This document shows positions 1 through 11,340 of a stretch of DNA of 64,000 nucleotides, piece by piece; the stretch's first letter is position 1, and every line of letters starts with the position of its first letter. The notes beneath the pieces are model-generated. The model saw only the letters and a list, made by a program, of their open reading frames with translations, had not been told where the DNA came from and made no database searches. The DNA lies in assembly GCA_013334975.1 (NCBI GenBank), contig JAAXWL010000001.1, positions 11,921 to 75,920 of the forward strand, read 5' to 3'. This stretch comes from Chlorobiaceae bacterium (GTDB lineage: Bacteria > Bacteroidota > Chlorobiia > Chlorobiales > Chlorobiaceae). The translations under genes and the position numbers were made by a program.

Positions 1-1
1 T

Positions 2-946
2 GTCAGAACCGGCGATACCCTCTGCGACGAAAACAATCCTATCGTGCTCGAAAAGATGGTGTTCCCTGAACCCGTTATCGAGATCGCTGTGGAGCCCAAA
101 ACCAAAGCGGATTCCGACAAGCTGGGTATGTCGCTTGCCAAGCTTGCCGAAGAAGATCCGACCTTCAGGGTGAAAACCGATGAAGAAACCGGCCAGACGC
201 TGATTGCGGGCATGGGTGAGTTGCATCTCGAAATCCTGGTCGATCGTCTCAAGCGCGAGTTCAAGGTTGAAGCGAACGTCGGTCAGCCGCAGGTCGCTTA
301 CAGGGAAACGATTCGTGGCTCTGTTGAATACGAAGGAAAGTTTGTTCGCCAGTCTGGTGGTAAGGGACAGTTTGGTCTGGTGGTGCTCAGGGTCGAGCCA
401 CTCGAAGAGGGCAAGGGCTATGAGTTCGTTGATGGTATCAAGGGCGGTGTTATCCCGAAAGAGTATGTTCCGGCAGTCAATGCCGGTATCCAGGGCGCCA
501 TGAAGGATGGTGTCGTCGCGGGCTTCCCGATGCAGGACATCAAGGTTACCCTGATCGATGGAAAGTACCACGAGGTGGACTCTTCGGAAATGGCGTTCAA
601 GATCGCCGGATCCATAGGGTTCAAGGGAGCAGCCAAGAAAGCAAATCCGGTACTGCTCGAACCGATCATGAAGGTAGAGGTGATTACTCCTGAAGAGTAT
701 CTCGGTGATGTCATGGGTGATCTCTCGGGACGTCGTGGTCATATCGAGGGAATGGGCCAGCGTGCCGGCGCCCAGTTCGTGAACGCCAAGGTACCGCTTT
801 CGGCAATGTTCGGTTATTCGACCGATCTTCGATCCATGACCCAGGGCCGAGCCAACTACTCGATGGAGTTCGAGAGCTACCGTGAGGTTCCTCGTAGTAT
901 TGCAGAGGCATTGCAGGAAAAGAGGGTTGGCAAGGCTTCCGAATAA
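2..946 (+). CDS. fusA: Elongation factor G, 3' part (gene starts upstream of window)
   Basis: Frame open from base 2; EF-G motifs [37 protein letters not shown]; directly upstream of tuf. Confidence 0.98.
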   Translation, partial: VRTGDTLCDENNPIVLEKMVFPEPVIEIAVEPKTKADSDKLGMSLAKLAEEDPTFRVKTDEETGQTLIAGMGELHLEILVDRLKREFKVEANVGQPQVAYRETIRGSVEYEGKFVRQSGGKGQFGLVVLRVEPLEEGKGYEFVDGIKGGVIPKEYVPAVNAGIQGAMKDGVVAGFPMQDIKVTLIDGKYHEVDSSEMAFKIAGSIGFKGAAKKANPVLLEPIMKVEVITPEEYLGDVMGDLSGRRGHIEGMGQRAGAQFVNAKVPLSAMFGYSTDLRSMTQGRANYSMEFESYREVPRSIAEALQEKRVGKASE

Positions 947-997
947 CAGTTTTTCATTACCGCATCATTAAAAAGATAACCGACAGGGAGAAGAGCT

Positions 998-2179
998 ATG
1001 GCTAAAGAGTCATACAAGAGGGATAAACCCCACGTAAATATTGGTACTATCGGTCACGTTGACCACGGCAAAACCACCCTTACCGCTGCTATAACCAGCG
1101 TGCTCTCAAAGCAGGGCATGGCCTCTTTCCGTGAATTCGGCGATATCGACAAGGCTCCGGAAGAGCGCGAACGCGGTATTACCATCTCGACCGCACACGT
1201 CGAGTATCAGACCAAAGCGCGCCACTATGCGCACATCGACTGCCCCGGCCACGCTGACTATATCAAAAATATGATTACCGGTGCTGCCCAGATGGACGGC
1301 GCTATCCTCGTTGTTGCCGGTACCGACGGCCCGATGCCCCAGACTCGCGAGCACATCCTGCTTGCCCGTCAGGTGAACGTTCCTGCACTCGTTGTATTCC
1401 TGAACAAGGTTGACATTGCTGATCCGGAACTCCTTGAGCTGGTCGAAATGGAGCTTCGTGAGCTTCTGACCGAGTACGGTTTTCCTGGCGACGATATTCC
1501 GATTGTCAAAGGTTCTGCGCTGCTTGCCCTGAACGGTGATGCCGAAGGCGAGAAAGCCATCATGGAACTTATGGATGCTGTTGACAACTATATTCCGCAG
1601 CCTGTTCGCGACATCGACAAGCCGTTCCTGATGCCGGTCGAAGACGTTTTCTCCATCTCTGGACGCGGAACTGTCGGTACTGGTCGTATCGAGAGAGGTC
1701 GTGTCAAGGTTGGCGAAGAGGTTGAAGTCGTTGGTATCAAGCCGACCCGCAAATCGGTGGTCACCGGTATCGAAATGTTCAACAAGCTGCTCGACGAAGG
1801 TCAGGCAGGTGACAATGCCGGTCTGCTGCTGCGCGGTGTTGACAAGAACGAACTTGAGCGCGGTATGGTTATCGCCAAACCAGGCTCGATCAAACCACAC
1901 ACCAAGTTCAAGGCTGAGGTTTACATCCTGAAAAAGGAAGAGGGCGGTCGCCACACTCCTTTCTTCAACGGTTATCGTCCGCAGTTCTACTTCAGGACGA
2001 CCGACGTTACCGGTTCGGTAACTCTGCCTGAAGGTGTCGAGATGGTCATGCCAGGCGACAACCTTTCGGTCGATGTCGAGCTGATCGCTCCGATCGCCAT
2101 GGAGGAGAGCCTCCGCTTCGCTATCCGCGAAGGTGGTCGTACGGTTGGTGCAGGTTCCGTGACCAAAATCGTCGAATAA
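998..2179 (+). CDS. tuf: Elongation factor Tu
   Basis: [29 protein letters not shown] motifs; 393 aa. Confidence 0.99.
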   Translation: MAKESYKRDKPHVNIGTIGHVDHGKTTLTAAITSVLSKQGMASFREFGDIDKAPEERERGITISTAHVEYQTKARHYAHIDCPGHADYIKNMITGAAQMDGAILVVAGTDGPMPQTREHILLARQVNVPALVVFLNKVDIADPELLELVEMELRELLTEYGFPGDDIPIVKGSALLALNGDAEGEKAIMELMDAVDNYIPQPVRDIDKPFLMPVEDVFSISGRGTVGTGRIERGRVKVGEEVEVVGIKPTRKSVVTGIEMFNKLLDEGQAGDNAGLLLRGVDKNELERGMVIAKPGSIKPHTKFKAEVYILKKEEGGRHTPFFNGYRPQFYFRTTDVTGSVTLPEGVEMVMPGDNLSVDVELIAPIAMEESLRFAIREGGRTVGAGSVTKIVE

Positions 2180-2197
2180 TCGATTGATTGTCATCCC

Positions 2198-2227
2198 GGG
2201 GCGAGCCGGCGCGCTCGCCCCTTTTTT
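2198..2227 (+). terminator. Intrinsic terminator-like hairpin between tuf and rpsJ
   Basis: Stem GGGGCGAGC (2198-2206)/GCTCGCCCC (2213-2221) followed by T6. Confidence 0.65.
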
Positions 2228-2256
2228 ATTGAAACCATCGAAACAGGGATAGACCA

Positions 2257-2568
2257 GTGGCTGTTCAGCAAAAGATCAGGATTAAGCTCAAGTCTTACGA
2301 CCATAGCCTCGTTGATAAGTGGGCTTTAAAGATTATCGATGTGGTCAGGCAGACGGATGCCATTATATTTGGCCCCATTCCGCTTCCCACGAAAACGCAT
2401 GTGTATACGGTTAACCGTTCACCTCATGTGGATAAAAAATCGCGTGAGCAGTTTGCATTCTCATCGCACAAACGGTTGATCGAGATCATCAATCCGACGG
2501 CCAGAACGATCGATATGCTCATGAAGCTCGAGCTTCCAAGTGGCGTTGATGTGGAAATCAAGTCTTAA
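2257..2568 (+). CDS. rpsJ: 30S ribosomal protein S10
   Basis: [31 protein letters not shown]; GTG start. Confidence 0.98.
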   Translation: MAVQQKIRIKLKSYDHSLVDKWALKIIDVVRQTDAIIFGPIPLPTKTHVYTVNRSPHVDKKSREQFAFSSHKRLIEIINPTARTIDMLMKLELPSGVDVEIKS

Positions 2569-2602
2569 AGTGTTTAAAAGTAAATAGAAAAGGTAATCGG
2601 AT

Positions 2603-3232
2603 ATGGGTGCGATACTCGGGAAAAAAATCGGCATGACCCGTTTATACAATGATAAACGTGAAGCGGTTCCCTGCACGGTGATTCAGGCGGGGCCGTGTTA
2701 TGTGACTCAGGTCAAGAGCGTGCAGAAAGATGGTTATGAAGCCTATCAGCTCGGGTTTGGTGAGCGTGATGAAAAAAAGGTAACCAGGCCGCTTGCCGGA
2801 CACTATAAAAAAGCCGGAAAAAAACCGGGATACATGCTGTCCGAAATCAGCAAGAGTCTGATTGCAGAAGAACTCCAGGCTGGCGCGACCATACCCGTTG
2901 ATATTTTTAAAGAGGGCGATAAGGTCGATGTGCTCGGCGTCACCAAAGGCAAAGGTTTTGCCGGTGTCGTCAAACGTCACAACTTCGGCGGCGGTTCCAG
3001 AACGCACGGTCAGTCTGACAGACTCCGCGCTCCGGGGTCGGTTGGCGGCTCCTCCGATCCATCCAGAACCTTCAAGGGTACCAGGATGGCCGGCAGGATG
3101 GGCAGTGATAACGTGACAACCAGAAATCTGGTGATTGTCAAGGTTATGGCCGAGTCAAACCTCATCGTCGTCAAGGGAGCCGTACCGGGCCCGAAGAACT
3201 CCTATGTCAAGATTGTTTCAACAACCAAGTAA
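2603..3232 (+). CDS. rplC: 50S ribosomal protein L3
   Basis: [30 protein letters not shown]; operon order. Confidence 0.98.
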   Translation: MGAILGKKIGMTRLYNDKREAVPCTVIQAGPCYVTQVKSVQKDGYEAYQLGFGERDEKKVTRPLAGHYKKAGKKPGYMLSEISKSLIAEELQAGATIPVDIFKEGDKVDVLGVTKGKGFAGVVKRHNFGGGSRTHGQSDRLRAPGSVGGSSDPSRTFKGTRMAGRMGSDNVTTRNLVIVKVMAESNLIVVKGAVPGPKNSYVKIVSTTK

Positions 3233-3251
3233 AGGGTGAGTGCAGAGAACC

Positions 3252-3878
3252 ATGGAATTAAAAGTACTCAATACACAAGGCGCAGAAACCGGTGAAGTGG
3301 TGACGCTGAACGATGATATTTTTGCTGTTGAGGTTTCCGAGCATGCCATGTACCTGGATGTGAAGGCTATTCTGGCCAACCGCAGGCAAGGCACCCATAA
3401 AACGAAAACCCGTGCAGAAGTACGTGGTGGCGGCAGAAAGCCGTTTCGCCAGAAAGGCACTGGCAATGCCCGTCAGGGTTCTACCAGATCCGGTCTTATG
3501 GTTGGTGGTGGTACGATTTTCGGCCCACAGCCACGCTCCTACGAGCAGAAGGTCAACAGGAAGGTCAAGCAGCTTGCCCGTCGTTCAGCCTTCAGTGCCA
3601 AGGCAGCAGCCGGCCAGATTCTGGTGATCGAAGAGTTCAGTCTCGAAGCGATCAGGACACGTCCGGTTGCCGATATGCTGAAAAATCTCGGTCTTTCCGA
3701 AAAGAAGACCCTCCTGTTGATGCCGTTCCACGATTCCGTGGTCAGCACCTCGGGCAGGAACATCGCCAAACTCAACGTCATGGTCGCCGATCAGGCTTCG
3801 ACTTATGATATTCTCAACAGCCAGGCACTGCTTTTCCATAAAGCCGCCCTGCAGAAAATAGAAGAAACATTAGGGTAA
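3252..3878 (+). CDS. rplD: 50S ribosomal protein L4
   Basis: RQGTHKTKTRAEVRGGGRKPFRQKGTGNARQGS; ATG 3252 preferred over GTG 3240. Confidence 0.97.
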   Translation: MELKVLNTQGAETGEVVTLNDDIFAVEVSEHAMYLDVKAILANRRQGTHKTKTRAEVRGGGRKPFRQKGTGNARQGSTRSGLMVGGGTIFGPQPRSYEQKVNRKVKQLARRSAFSAKAAAGQILVIEEFSLEAIRTRPVADMLKNLGLSEKKTLLLMPFHDSVVSTSGRNIAKLNVMVADQASTYDILNSQALLFHKAALQKIEETLG

Positions 3879-3910
3879 TTACCGTTTGCCAGTAAAAAGG
3901 AGAAGATTGC

Positions 3911-4219
3911 ATGAAAAACCCGTTGTTGCGGCCATGGCTGACTGAAAAGAGCACAAAACTCACCGAGCAGAAAGGCCAGTATGTGTTCCAGGTCAAGACC
4001 GATGCTGATAAGAGCGATATAAAAAATGCTGTTGAGCAGAAGTTCGGTGTCGATGTCGTCTCCATCCGTACGGTCAACTGCCTTGGCAAGTCCAAGAGGC
4101 AGCAAACCAGGAAAGGGCTCATCGCCGGTAAAAAAAGCGACTGGAAGAAAGCGATTGTGACCCTCGGCCAGGGCCAGGTGATCGATTACTATGCCAAGCC
4201 GGTAGAAAAAGAGCGATAA
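3911..4219 (+). CDS. rplW: 50S ribosomal protein L23
   Basis: [15 protein letters not shown]; operon order. Confidence 0.97.
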   Translation: MKNPLLRPWLTEKSTKLTEQKGQYVFQVKTDADKSDIKNAVEQKFGVDVVSIRTVNCLGKSKRQQTRKGLIAGKKSDWKKAIVTLGQGQVIDYYAKPVEKER

Positions 4220-4255
4220 ACAGGATTATAAAAAACTGGATAGATAAATAGTACG

Positions 4256-5095
4256 ATGGCAATCAGGAAATTAGCGCCGGTCACTCCGGGCACGAGGTTC
4301 GCCTCATATGCAGGTTTCGAAGAGATCACCAAGAGTGAGCCAGAGAAGAGCCTTCTTGTGCCGATCAAAAGAACCGGAGGACGCAACAGCAACGGACGGG
4401 TGACTTCCCGTCACATGGGTGGCGGTCACAAGAGGTTCTACAGGATCATCGATTTCAAGCGCAACAAGGACAATGTGCCTGCAAAAGTCGCTGCAATCGA
4501 ATACGACCCGAACCGTTCGGCCAGGATTGCACTTCTTAATTATGTTGATGGAGAAAAACGTTATATTCTCGCTCCAAAAGGGCTGAAGGTCGGCGATCAG
4601 ATCGAAAGTGGCGACAAGGTGGATATCAGGGCCGGTAACACCATGCCTCTGAAGAACATCCCGATCGGTACCGATGTCCACAATATTGAGCTGAGGGCAG
4701 GAAAGGGCGGTCAGATGGCCAGGTCAGCAGGCGCTTACGCTGTGCTTGCCGCACGTGAAGGATTTTATGCTACCCTGAAGATGCCATCTGGCGAAATCAG
4801 GAAAGTTCGTGTCGAGTGCCGAGCCACTATCGGTGTTATTGGCAACGCAGAGCACGAGAATATCAGTCTCGGAAAAGCAGGACGCAGCCGCTGGCTCGGT
4901 ATTCGTCCCCAGACCCGCGGTATGGCTATGAACCCGGTCGACCATCCGATGGGCGGCGGTGAAGGCAAGTCGAAATCAGGCGGTGGCAGAAAGCATCCGA
5001 AGTCTCCTTGGGGTCAGCTTGCGAAAGGTCTGAAGACCAGAAATAAGAAAAAAGCCTCGACGAAGCTGATCGTCCGCGGCAGAAAAGCCAAGTAA
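4256..5095 (+). CDS. rplB: 50S ribosomal protein L2
   Basis: [30 protein letters not shown]. Confidence 0.99.
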   Translation: MAIRKLAPVTPGTRFASYAGFEEITKSEPEKSLLVPIKRTGGRNSNGRVTSRHMGGGHKRFYRIIDFKRNKDNVPAKVAAIEYDPNRSARIALLNYVDGEKRYILAPKGLKVGDQIESGDKVDIRAGNTMPLKNIPIGTDVHNIELRAGKGGQMARSAGAYAVLAAREGFYATLKMPSGEIRKVRVECRATIGVIGNAEHENISLGKAGRSRWLGIRPQTRGMAMNPVDHPMGGGEGKSKSGGGRKHPKSPWGQLAKGLKTRNKKKASTKLIVRGRKAK

Positions 5096-5128
5096 CATAG
5101 CGGTAACTAACAACAAGCAGAGAGAATT

Positions 5129-5425
5129 ATGCCAAGATCACTGAAAAAGGGTCCGTTCATAGAATTCAAGCTGGAGAAGCGGATCAATGATATGAACAGC
5201 AAAGGTGAGAAAAAGGTGATAAAGACCTGGTCAAGAAGTTCGATGATCTCTCCTGAATTCGTCGGACACACCGTTGCGGTTCATAACGGCAAGACCCATG
5301 TGCCGGTGTATGTCAGCGAAAACATGGTTGGCCACAAGCTTGGCGAATTCGCTCCGACCAGGTTGTTCCGTGGCCATGCTGGTGCGAAGGCGGAAAAGGG
5401 CGGTTCAGCACCAAGGAAAAAATAA
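5129..5425 (+). CDS. rpsS: 30S ribosomal protein S19
   Basis: [28 protein letters not shown]. Confidence 0.99.
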   Translation: MPRSLKKGPFIEFKLEKRINDMNSKGEKKVIKTWSRSSMISPEFVGHTVAVHNGKTHVPVYVSENMVGHKLGEFAPTRLFRGHAGAKAEKGGSAPRKK

Positions 5426-5455
5426 ACTGTATAACGCGGAAAGGTAAGAGATATC

Positions 5456-5815
5456 ATGCAAGCTAAAGCAATTTTACGGCATACCCCGACGTCGCCTCGC
5501 AAAATGCGGCTCGTAGCCGGCCTTGTTCGTGGTAAGCAGGTCGATCAGGCAAAAGCCATCCTGCTCAACTCCACCAAAAGTGCCTCCAGAAACGTAATGG
5601 TTACGCTCAAATCGGCTGTCGCAAACTATTCGCAGCTCAATCCTGATGAAAGGGTGAGTGATAACGAGCTTTTTGTCAAAGAGGTCTTCGTCGACGAAGG
5701 TTCTTCGCTCAAGAGGCTGCTGCCAGCACCGATGGGACGGGCATACAGGATCCGCAAACGGTCCAATCACCTGACCATCGTTGTGGACAAAGTCAAGACA
5801 CCGGTAACCAAATAA
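5456..5815 (+). CDS. rplV: 50S ribosomal protein L22
   Basis: [30 protein letters not shown]. Confidence 0.98.
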   Translation: MQAKAILRHTPTSPRKMRLVAGLVRGKQVDQAKAILLNSTKSASRNVMVTLKSAVANYSQLNPDERVSDNELFVKEVFVDEGSSLKRLLPAPMGRAYRIRKRSNHLTIVVDKVKTPVTK

Positions 5816-5829
5816 ACAAGGAGATAACA

Positions 5830-6591
5830 TTGGGTCAGAAAGTAAATCCAACCGGATTCAGGCTGGGAATCATTAAAGACTGGACTTCCCGCTGGTATGA
5901 CGATGGACCGGTTATCGCCGATAAGATCAAGCAGGATCAGGTTATACGAAACTATGTCCAGGCTAGACTAAAAAAAGAGAAAGCCGGAATTGCAAAGATC
6001 GTGATCGAAAGGACGACCAGGCACATCAAGATCAATATCTATGCCGCTCGTCCCGGTGCTGTGGTCGGTCGTAAAGGCGAGGAGATCAACAATCTTTCCC
6101 AGGAACTGACCCGTATTACCGCCAAAGAGGTCAAGATCGACGTTGTCGAGGTGATTAAGCCGGAAATCGAGGCGCAGCTTATCGGTGAGAACATTGCTTA
6201 CCAGCTTGAAAACCGAGTTTCGTTCAGGAGAGCCATGAAACAGGCGATCCAGCAGGCGATGAGGGCAGGAGCCGAGGGGGTCAGGATTCGTTGTGCGGGT
6301 CGTTTGGGTGGTGTTGAAATCGCCAGAGCCGAGCAGTACAAAGAAGGCAAGATTCCGCTTCATACGCTTCGCGCCAATGTGGATTACGCAAGCGTGACCG
6401 CCCATACCATTGCCGGAGCCATTGGCATCAAGGTCTGGGTATACAAGGGAGAGGTTCTCGTTCAGAGGCTCGATGCCATTGAAGAGGATGAGCTCAAGAA
6501 AATACAGGAACGCCGTGGTGAATCACGTGGCAGGGGCCGCGGAGATGGTCGCGGTTCGAAACGCCGTCGCCGTCCGGCCAAGAAGGCCTGA
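5830..6591 (+). CDS. rpsC: 30S ribosomal protein S3
   Basis: [29 protein letters not shown]; TTG start. Confidence 0.98.
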   Translation: MGQKVNPTGFRLGIIKDWTSRWYDDGPVIADKIKQDQVIRNYVQARLKKEKAGIAKIVIERTTRHIKINIYAARPGAVVGRKGEEINNLSQELTRITAKEVKIDVVEVIKPEIEAQLIGENIAYQLENRVSFRRAMKQAIQQAMRAGAEGVRIRCAGRLGGVEIARAEQYKEGKIPLHTLRANVDYASVTAHTIAGAIGIKVWVYKGEVLVQRLDAIEEDELKKIQERRGESRGRGRGDGRGSKRRRRPAKKA

Positions 6592-6639
6592 TCGGTTGGA
6601 AAATACCATATAATCATCTGAAAGAATGGAGTTACCGGT

Positions 6640-7059
6640 ATGTTAATGCCAAAGAGGGTTCAATACAGAAAGTCGCAGCGTGGCCGAATGAAAGGCAACG
6701 CCGGACGGGGAACGGCGGTTTCGTTTGGTTCCTTCGGCCTGAAAGCTCTCGAACCGGCCTGGATTACCAGCCGTCAGATCGAAGCTGCCCGTGTCGCGAT
6801 GAACCGTTATATGAAGAGAGACGGAAAAATCTGGATCAGGATATTCCCTGACAAACCGGTGTCGAAGAAACCTGCCGAGACCCGTATGGGTTCCGGTAAG
6901 GGTTCCCCTGAGTTCTGGGTGGCCGTAGTCAAGCCGGGCAGAGTCATGTTTGAGGCTGATGGCGTGACGCGCGAAATTGCTGCAGAAGCCTTCAGGCTGG
7001 CAGCCAAAAAGCTGCCGATCAAGACAAAGTTCATTGTCAGACCCGATTACGAAGGATAA
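6640..7059 (+). CDS. rplP: 50S ribosomal protein L16
   Basis: [26 protein letters not shown]. Confidence 0.99.
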   Translation: MLMPKRVQYRKSQRGRMKGNAGRGTAVSFGSFGLKALEPAWITSRQIEAARVAMNRYMKRDGKIWIRIFPDKPVSKKPAETRMGSGKGSPEFWVAVVKPGRVMFEADGVTREIAAEAFRLAAKKLPIKTKFIVRPDYEG

Positions 7060-7089
7060 AGAGCAAACAAACCGTCAGGGAAGCCAATT

Positions 7090-7296
7090 ATGAAACAGTA
7101 TGAAATAGCGGCCATGGGCAAGTCGGAGCTCCTCGTCAAAGTTGAAGAGCTTGAAAACAGACTGGCCGATATAAACTTTTATAAAGCTATCGAATTGCCG
7201 CAGAACCCGATGGTTTTCCGCAATTCAAAGCGTGAGATCGCCAGGATGAAAACCAGGATCAGGCAAATTGAGCTGCAGGAAGGCAGCCAGGCCTGA
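7090..7296 (+). CDS. rpmC: 50S ribosomal protein L29
   Basis: 68 aa, [17 protein letters not shown]; position between rplP and rpsQ. Confidence 0.93.
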   Translation: MKQYEIAAMGKSELLVKVEELENRLADINFYKAIELPQNPMVFRNSKREIARMKTRIRQIELQEGSQA

Positions 7297-7352
7297 CAAC
7301 AGGTGAATCCGGAAAGAATATCAATAACCGGTATCAACAGGGAATTAATCAA

Positions 7353-7637
7353 ATGGACAACACAGCAATGTCTGGTGTATCAGAAGAGAGGAGCAAGAAA
7401 AAGAGCTGGTTGGGCAAGGTTGTGAGCAACAGTATGGACAAAGGGATCGTCGTTGCCGTCGAACGCAGGGTACAGCATCCTGTCTATAAGAAATACTTTA
7501 AGAAGACTTCGCGTCTTATGGCTCACGACGAGAAGAATGAGGCAGCGGTGGGTGACCTGGTCAGGATTACCGAGTGCCGTCCACTCAGCAAAAGCAAGAG
7601 TTGCCGGCTCGTTGAAATTGTCGAAAAGGCCAAGTAA
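7353..7637 (+). CDS. rpsQ: 30S ribosomal protein S17
   Basis: [25 protein letters not shown]. Confidence 0.97.
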   Translation: MDNTAMSGVSEERSKKKSWLGKVVSNSMDKGIVVAVERRVQHPVYKKYFKKTSRLMAHDEKNEAAVGDLVRITECRPLSKSKSCRLVEIVEKAK

Positions 7638-7672
7638 TCGATTTATTATCACTTAACAGGGGTTAATGCAGG

Positions 7673-8041
7673 ATGATCCAGAAAGAGACTAATCTGGTCG
7701 TTGCCGATAACAGCGGAGCGAAAAAAGTACGGTGTATACATGTTTTCGGTGGTACCGGCCGACGTTATGCCGCACTCGGTGATCAGATCATGGTATCGGT
7801 CAAGGCTGCGGTTCCCGGCGGCGTCGTCAAAAAGAAAGATGTCTGCAAGGCGGTAGTGGTCAGGTGCGTTAAAGAGCAGAAAAGAAAAGACGGATCCTAT
7901 ATCAGGTTCGATGAAAATGCCGTCGTTCTGCTTAATGCTTCGGGCGAACCGAGAGGAACCCGTATATTTGGGCCGGTCGCACGCGAGCTTCGCGATAAAA
8001 GATATATGAAGATTGTCTCGTTAGCTCCAGAGGTTCTCTGA
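7673..8041 (+). CDS. rplN: 50S ribosomal protein L14
   Basis: [28 protein letters not shown]. Confidence 0.99.
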   Translation: MIQKETNLVVADNSGAKKVRCIHVFGGTGRRYAALGDQIMVSVKAAVPGGVVKKKDVCKAVVVRCVKEQKRKDGSYIRFDENAVVLLNASGEPRGTRIFGPVARELRDKRYMKIVSLAPEVL

Positions 8042-8053
8042 GGGAGCTGATCA

Positions 8054-8126
8054 GCGGGAGTAACTCAGCTGGTAGAGTCACAGCCTTCCAAGCTGTTGGT
8101 CGCGGGTTCGAGTCCCGTCTCCCGCT
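8054..8126 (+). tRNA. tRNA-Gly(UCC)
   Basis: Complete 73-nt cloverleaf: acceptor GCGGGAG/CTCCCGC, D arm ACTC/GAGT, anticodon arm ACAGC-CTTCCAA-GCTGT, T arm GCGGG-TTCGAGT-CCCGT; CCA not encoded. Confidence 0.96.
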
Positions 8127-8158
8127 CAGGTTCATGAATAACATCACACAGGTCAGCC

Positions 8159-8401
8159 ATGAAAACAGGTATTAAAAAGGTCAAGCTCCACGTCAGAAAA
8201 AATGATGAGGTAGTTGTCATCAGCGGTAACGACAAAGGCAAGGCAGGCAAGGTGCTGAAGGTCTATCCCCAGAAAGGGCGCGTTATTGTCGAGGGTGTCA
8301 ACATCAGGAAACGTCACATGCGTCCGACTCAGGGTGTTCCACAGGGATCGATCATCGAGCGCGAGTTTCCGATTCATGCTTCCAATGTCAGGAAGAGCTG
8401 A
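8159..8401 (+). CDS. rplX: 50S ribosomal protein L24 (short, 80 aa)
   Basis: KOW motif [31 protein letters not shown]. Confidence 0.96.
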   Translation: MKTGIKKVKLHVRKNDEVVVISGNDKGKAGKVLKVYPQKGRVIVEGVNIRKRHMRPTQGVPQGSIIEREFPIHASNVRKS

Positions 8402-8460
8402 TAAAGATTTGTATTAATGGCAGGGTGACCAAGACCACCCTGTAAAAAGAAAAAGAGAAG

Positions 8461-9048
8461 ATGACTGCAAAAAAAGTGAATGTCCAGCAGGAGACACCAA
8501 TCCCTGCCCGCCTTGAGGTCTACTACAGGGAAACGGTTGTCCCCAAACTCATGGAGCGCTTCAGGTACAAAAGCATCATGATGGTTCCACGGCTTGAGAA
8601 GATTTCAGTGAACATTGGTGTGGGTGAAGCTGCACAGGAGCCGAAACTGCTCGAAACTGCCATGCAGGAGCTTGGTCAGATTACCGGTCAGAAGCCACAG
8701 GTGCGCAAGGCAAAGAAGGCTATTTCCAACTTCAAGCTTCGCGAGGGTCAGGCCATAGGATGCCGTGTCACCCTTCGTCGCAAGATTATGTTTGAATTCA
8801 TGGATCGTTTCGTTACCGTTGCTGTACCGAGGATTCGTGATTTCCGAGGTCTGAGCGATACAAGCTTCGATGGACGCGGAAACTACAATGCAGGAATTCG
8901 CGAGCAGATCATCTTTCCGGAAATCGACATCGACAAGGTGCCAAGGATCAACGGTATGGATATCAGTTTCGTTACGTCGGCCAAAACAGATGAGGAGGCC
9001 TACGAGCTTCTCAGCCTGCTCGGTATGCCATTCAAAAAGAAGAACTAA
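8461..9048 (+). CDS. rplE: 50S ribosomal protein L5
   Basis: [29 protein letters not shown]. Confidence 0.98.
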   Translation: MTAKKVNVQQETPIPARLEVYYRETVVPKLMERFRYKSIMMVPRLEKISVNIGVGEAAQEPKLLETAMQELGQITGQKPQVRKAKKAISNFKLREGQAIGCRVTLRRKIMFEFMDRFVTVAVPRIRDFRGLSDTSFDGRGNYNAGIREQIIFPEIDIDKVPRINGMDISFVTSAKTDEEAYELLSLLGMPFKKKN

Positions 9049-9070
9049 TCATAAAAAGCACTGAACCAAG

Positions 9071-9340
9071 ATGGCACGCAAAAGTATCATTGCACGAAAC
9101 GAAAAGAGGAAACTGCTTGTCGAGAAGTATGCGGCAAAGCGTGAAGAGCTGAAGAAAGCCGGTGATTATACCGCTCTCAGCCAGCTTCCGAGAGACAGTT
9201 CCGCCACAAGGGTACGCACCCGTTGTGTGCTGACTGGTCGAGGCCGCGGAAACTATGCGAAGTACGGCCTGTGCCGTCACATGTTCCGCAAACTGGCCCT
9301 CGAAGGAAAGCTTCCTGGTGTCAGGAAGGCGAGCTGGTAA
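9071..9340 (+). CDS. rpsN: 30S ribosomal protein S14 (long 89-aa type)
   Basis: [28 protein letters not shown]. Confidence 0.98.
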   Translation: MARKSIIARNEKRKLLVEKYAAKREELKKAGDYTALSQLPRDSSATRVRTRCVLTGRGRGNYAKYGLCRHMFRKLALEGKLPGVRKASW

Positions 9341-9403
9341 GCACGCCCTGGGCAACCGATAGATAGATGTCTGTTCATTTACGAATGTAACCAACTGTTA
9401 GCC

Positions 9404-9799
9404 ATGCCTGTAACGGATTCCATAGCCGATTTCATAACCCGGATCAGAAATGCCGGTAGTGCAAAAAACAAGACAACCGATATTCCTTATACAAGAGTCA
9501 GGGAGAACCTCTCCAGACTGCTGCTCGAAAAGGGATATATCAGGAACTATACGGTGATCTCCACCGAGCAGTTTCCGTTTATCCGCGTCGATCTCAAATA
9601 TATGACCGACGGACAGCATGCCATCAAGGAGATATCCAGAGTCAGCAAACCTGGCCGCAGGGTGTACCAGGGCAAGGATATCAAACGCTATCTCGGTGGA
9701 CTCGGCCTGTTTATTCTTTCTACCTCAAAAGGTATCCTGACCGATAAGGAGGCGCGAGAGCAGAACGTTGGAGGCGAGGTACTGTTCCGTATTTATTAA
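9404..9799 (+). CDS. rpsH: 30S ribosomal protein S8
   Basis: [30 protein letters not shown]. Confidence 0.98.
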   Translation: MPVTDSIADFITRIRNAGSAKNKTTDIPYTRVRENLSRLLLEKGYIRNYTVISTEQFPFIRVDLKYMTDGQHAIKEISRVSKPGRRVYQGKDIKRYLGGLGLFILSTSKGILTDKEAREQNVGGEVLFRIY

Positions 9800-9828
9800 T
9801 TTCATAAGCCAAAGAGCATCAGTATACC

Positions 9829-10368
9829 ATGTCAAGAATAGGAAAAATGCCAATCAGGCTTGCTGATCAGGCAATGGTTGAGGTCACGGACACGATGATC
9901 AATGTTACCGGCCCAAAGGGTTCGCTCTGTCAGGCGCTGGTCAATGAGGTTACCGTTACGGTTGCCGATGGCACTGTTACCGTTCAGAGAATCGATGACA
10001 GCAAAAGGTCGAAATCCATGCATGGTCTTTACCGTATGCTGGTCAGCAACATGATCGAGGGGGTTACCAAAGGGTTTACCCGCAAACTCGAAATGACCGG
10101 TGTCGGTTATCGCGCAGAACTCAAGGGGGAGATGCTGGCGCTTACCGTCGGGTACTCCCACATGATCTATTTCAATGCCCCGGACGAGATCAAAATCGCG
10201 GTTCCCGATCCGACGACCATTCTTGTCAGTGGTATCGACAAGGCACTTGTTGGTCAGATTGCTGCAAAGATCCGCTCCTTCAGGAAGCCGGAGCCATACC
10301 GAGGCAAGGGTATCAGGTTTGAAGGTGAGGTTATTCGCCGCAAGGAAGGCAAGGCCGCCGGCAAGTAA
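9829..10368 (+). CDS. rplF: 50S ribosomal protein L6
   Basis: MSRIGKMPI, GVGYRA, PEPYRGKG. Confidence 0.98.
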   Translation: MSRIGKMPIRLADQAMVEVTDTMINVTGPKGSLCQALVNEVTVTVADGTVTVQRIDDSKRSKSMHGLYRMLVSNMIEGVTKGFTRKLEMTGVGYRAELKGEMLALTVGYSHMIYFNAPDEIKIAVPDPTTILVSGIDKALVGQIAAKIRSFRKPEPYRGKGIRFEGEVIRRKEGKAAGK

Positions 10369-10431
10369 GCCCCGCAGAGGCTGCATGAACGAAAACAAGT
10401 CAGGTAAAAAACATTTATACGGTTAGAGATA

Positions 10432-10791
10432 ATGAGCCAAGTAGATAAAGTTGCCCGGAGGCAGAAAATCAAGGCACGCAGCAGGGCTGTCGTGCATGGC
10501 ACCCAGGAAAGGCCGAGACTGTGCATCTACAGGAGTCTTTCCCAAATCTATGCGCAATTGGTCAACGACGAGACGGGCAGGACCATCATGTCGGTATCGA
10601 CCATGTCGAAAGACAATTCGGGCCTTGCAGGCACAAAATCCGAAAGGAGTGCCATGATTGGCCGGCAGCTCGCAGAAAAAGCGATTGCCCAGGGAATATC
10701 CGCTGTTGTTTTCGACAGAAACGGATTCCGGTATCATGGACGTATCAAGGCTCTTGCCGATGGTGCTCGCCAGGCAGGTCTGATCTTTTAA
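10432..10791 (+). CDS. rplR: 50S ribosomal protein L18
   Basis: [31 protein letters not shown]. Confidence 0.98.
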   Translation: MSQVDKVARRQKIKARSRAVVHGTQERPRLCIYRSLSQIYAQLVNDETGRTIMSVSTMSKDNSGLAGTKSERSAMIGRQLAEKAIAQGISAVVFDRNGFRYHGRIKALADGARQAGLIF

Positions 10792-10812
10792 AACTTTTCA
10801 AAGAGAAAGTAC

Positions 10813-11331
10813 ATGTCGAAAAAATCTGCCAGGAGTATCAAGCCCGGTGAGTTGAATCTGAAAGAGAAGCTGGTGCACATCAACAGGACTGCAAAGGTGG
10901 TCAAGGGTGGCAAGCGCTTCGGTTTCAACGCTATTGTCGTTGTCGGTGACCGTGATGGCCATGTTGGATACGGGCTAGGAAAAGCGAACGAAGTTCAGGA
11001 TGCGATTGCCAAGGGCGTCGAAGACGGTAAAAAGAACGTTATCAAGGTTCCGATTGTCAAGGGGACCATTCCACACCAGATTGTTGCAAAATACGGCTCG
11101 GCCAAAGTTCTGATGAAGCCGGCAACACCCGGTACCGGACTCATTGCCGGTGGAGCTGTAAGGGCTGTGCTCGAAATGGCTGGCGTGCATGACATCCTTA
11201 CCAAATCGCTTGGCTCCTCGAATCCGCATAATGTGGTCAAGGCTGCCATAAAGGGTCTTCAGAGCATCTCCGATGCAAATGATGTGGCCGAACGTCGTTC
11301 GAAGAGCCTCAGAGAGGTATTTGAAAGCTAA
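10813..11331 (+). CDS. rpsE: 30S ribosomal protein S5
   Basis: [35 protein letters not shown]. Confidence 0.98.
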   Translation: MSKKSARSIKPGELNLKEKLVHINRTAKVVKGGKRFGFNAIVVVGDRDGHVGYGLGKANEVQDAIAKGVEDGKKNVIKVPIVKGTIPHQIVAKYGSAKVLMKPATPGTGLIAGGAVRAVLEMAGVHDILTKSLGSSNPHNVVKAAIKGLQSISDANDVAERRSKSLREVFES

Positions 11332-11340
11332 AAAGGAGAA

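Noticed and set aside
1106-2194. Long antisense ORFs over tuf, secY, the RND gene, hemE and others
   Set aside because: Shadow frames of highly biased coding genes; no recognisable motifs.
8054-8126. tRNA as an integration site for an island or prophage
   Set aside because: No integrase, no duplicated tRNA 3' end, and essential genes on both sides.
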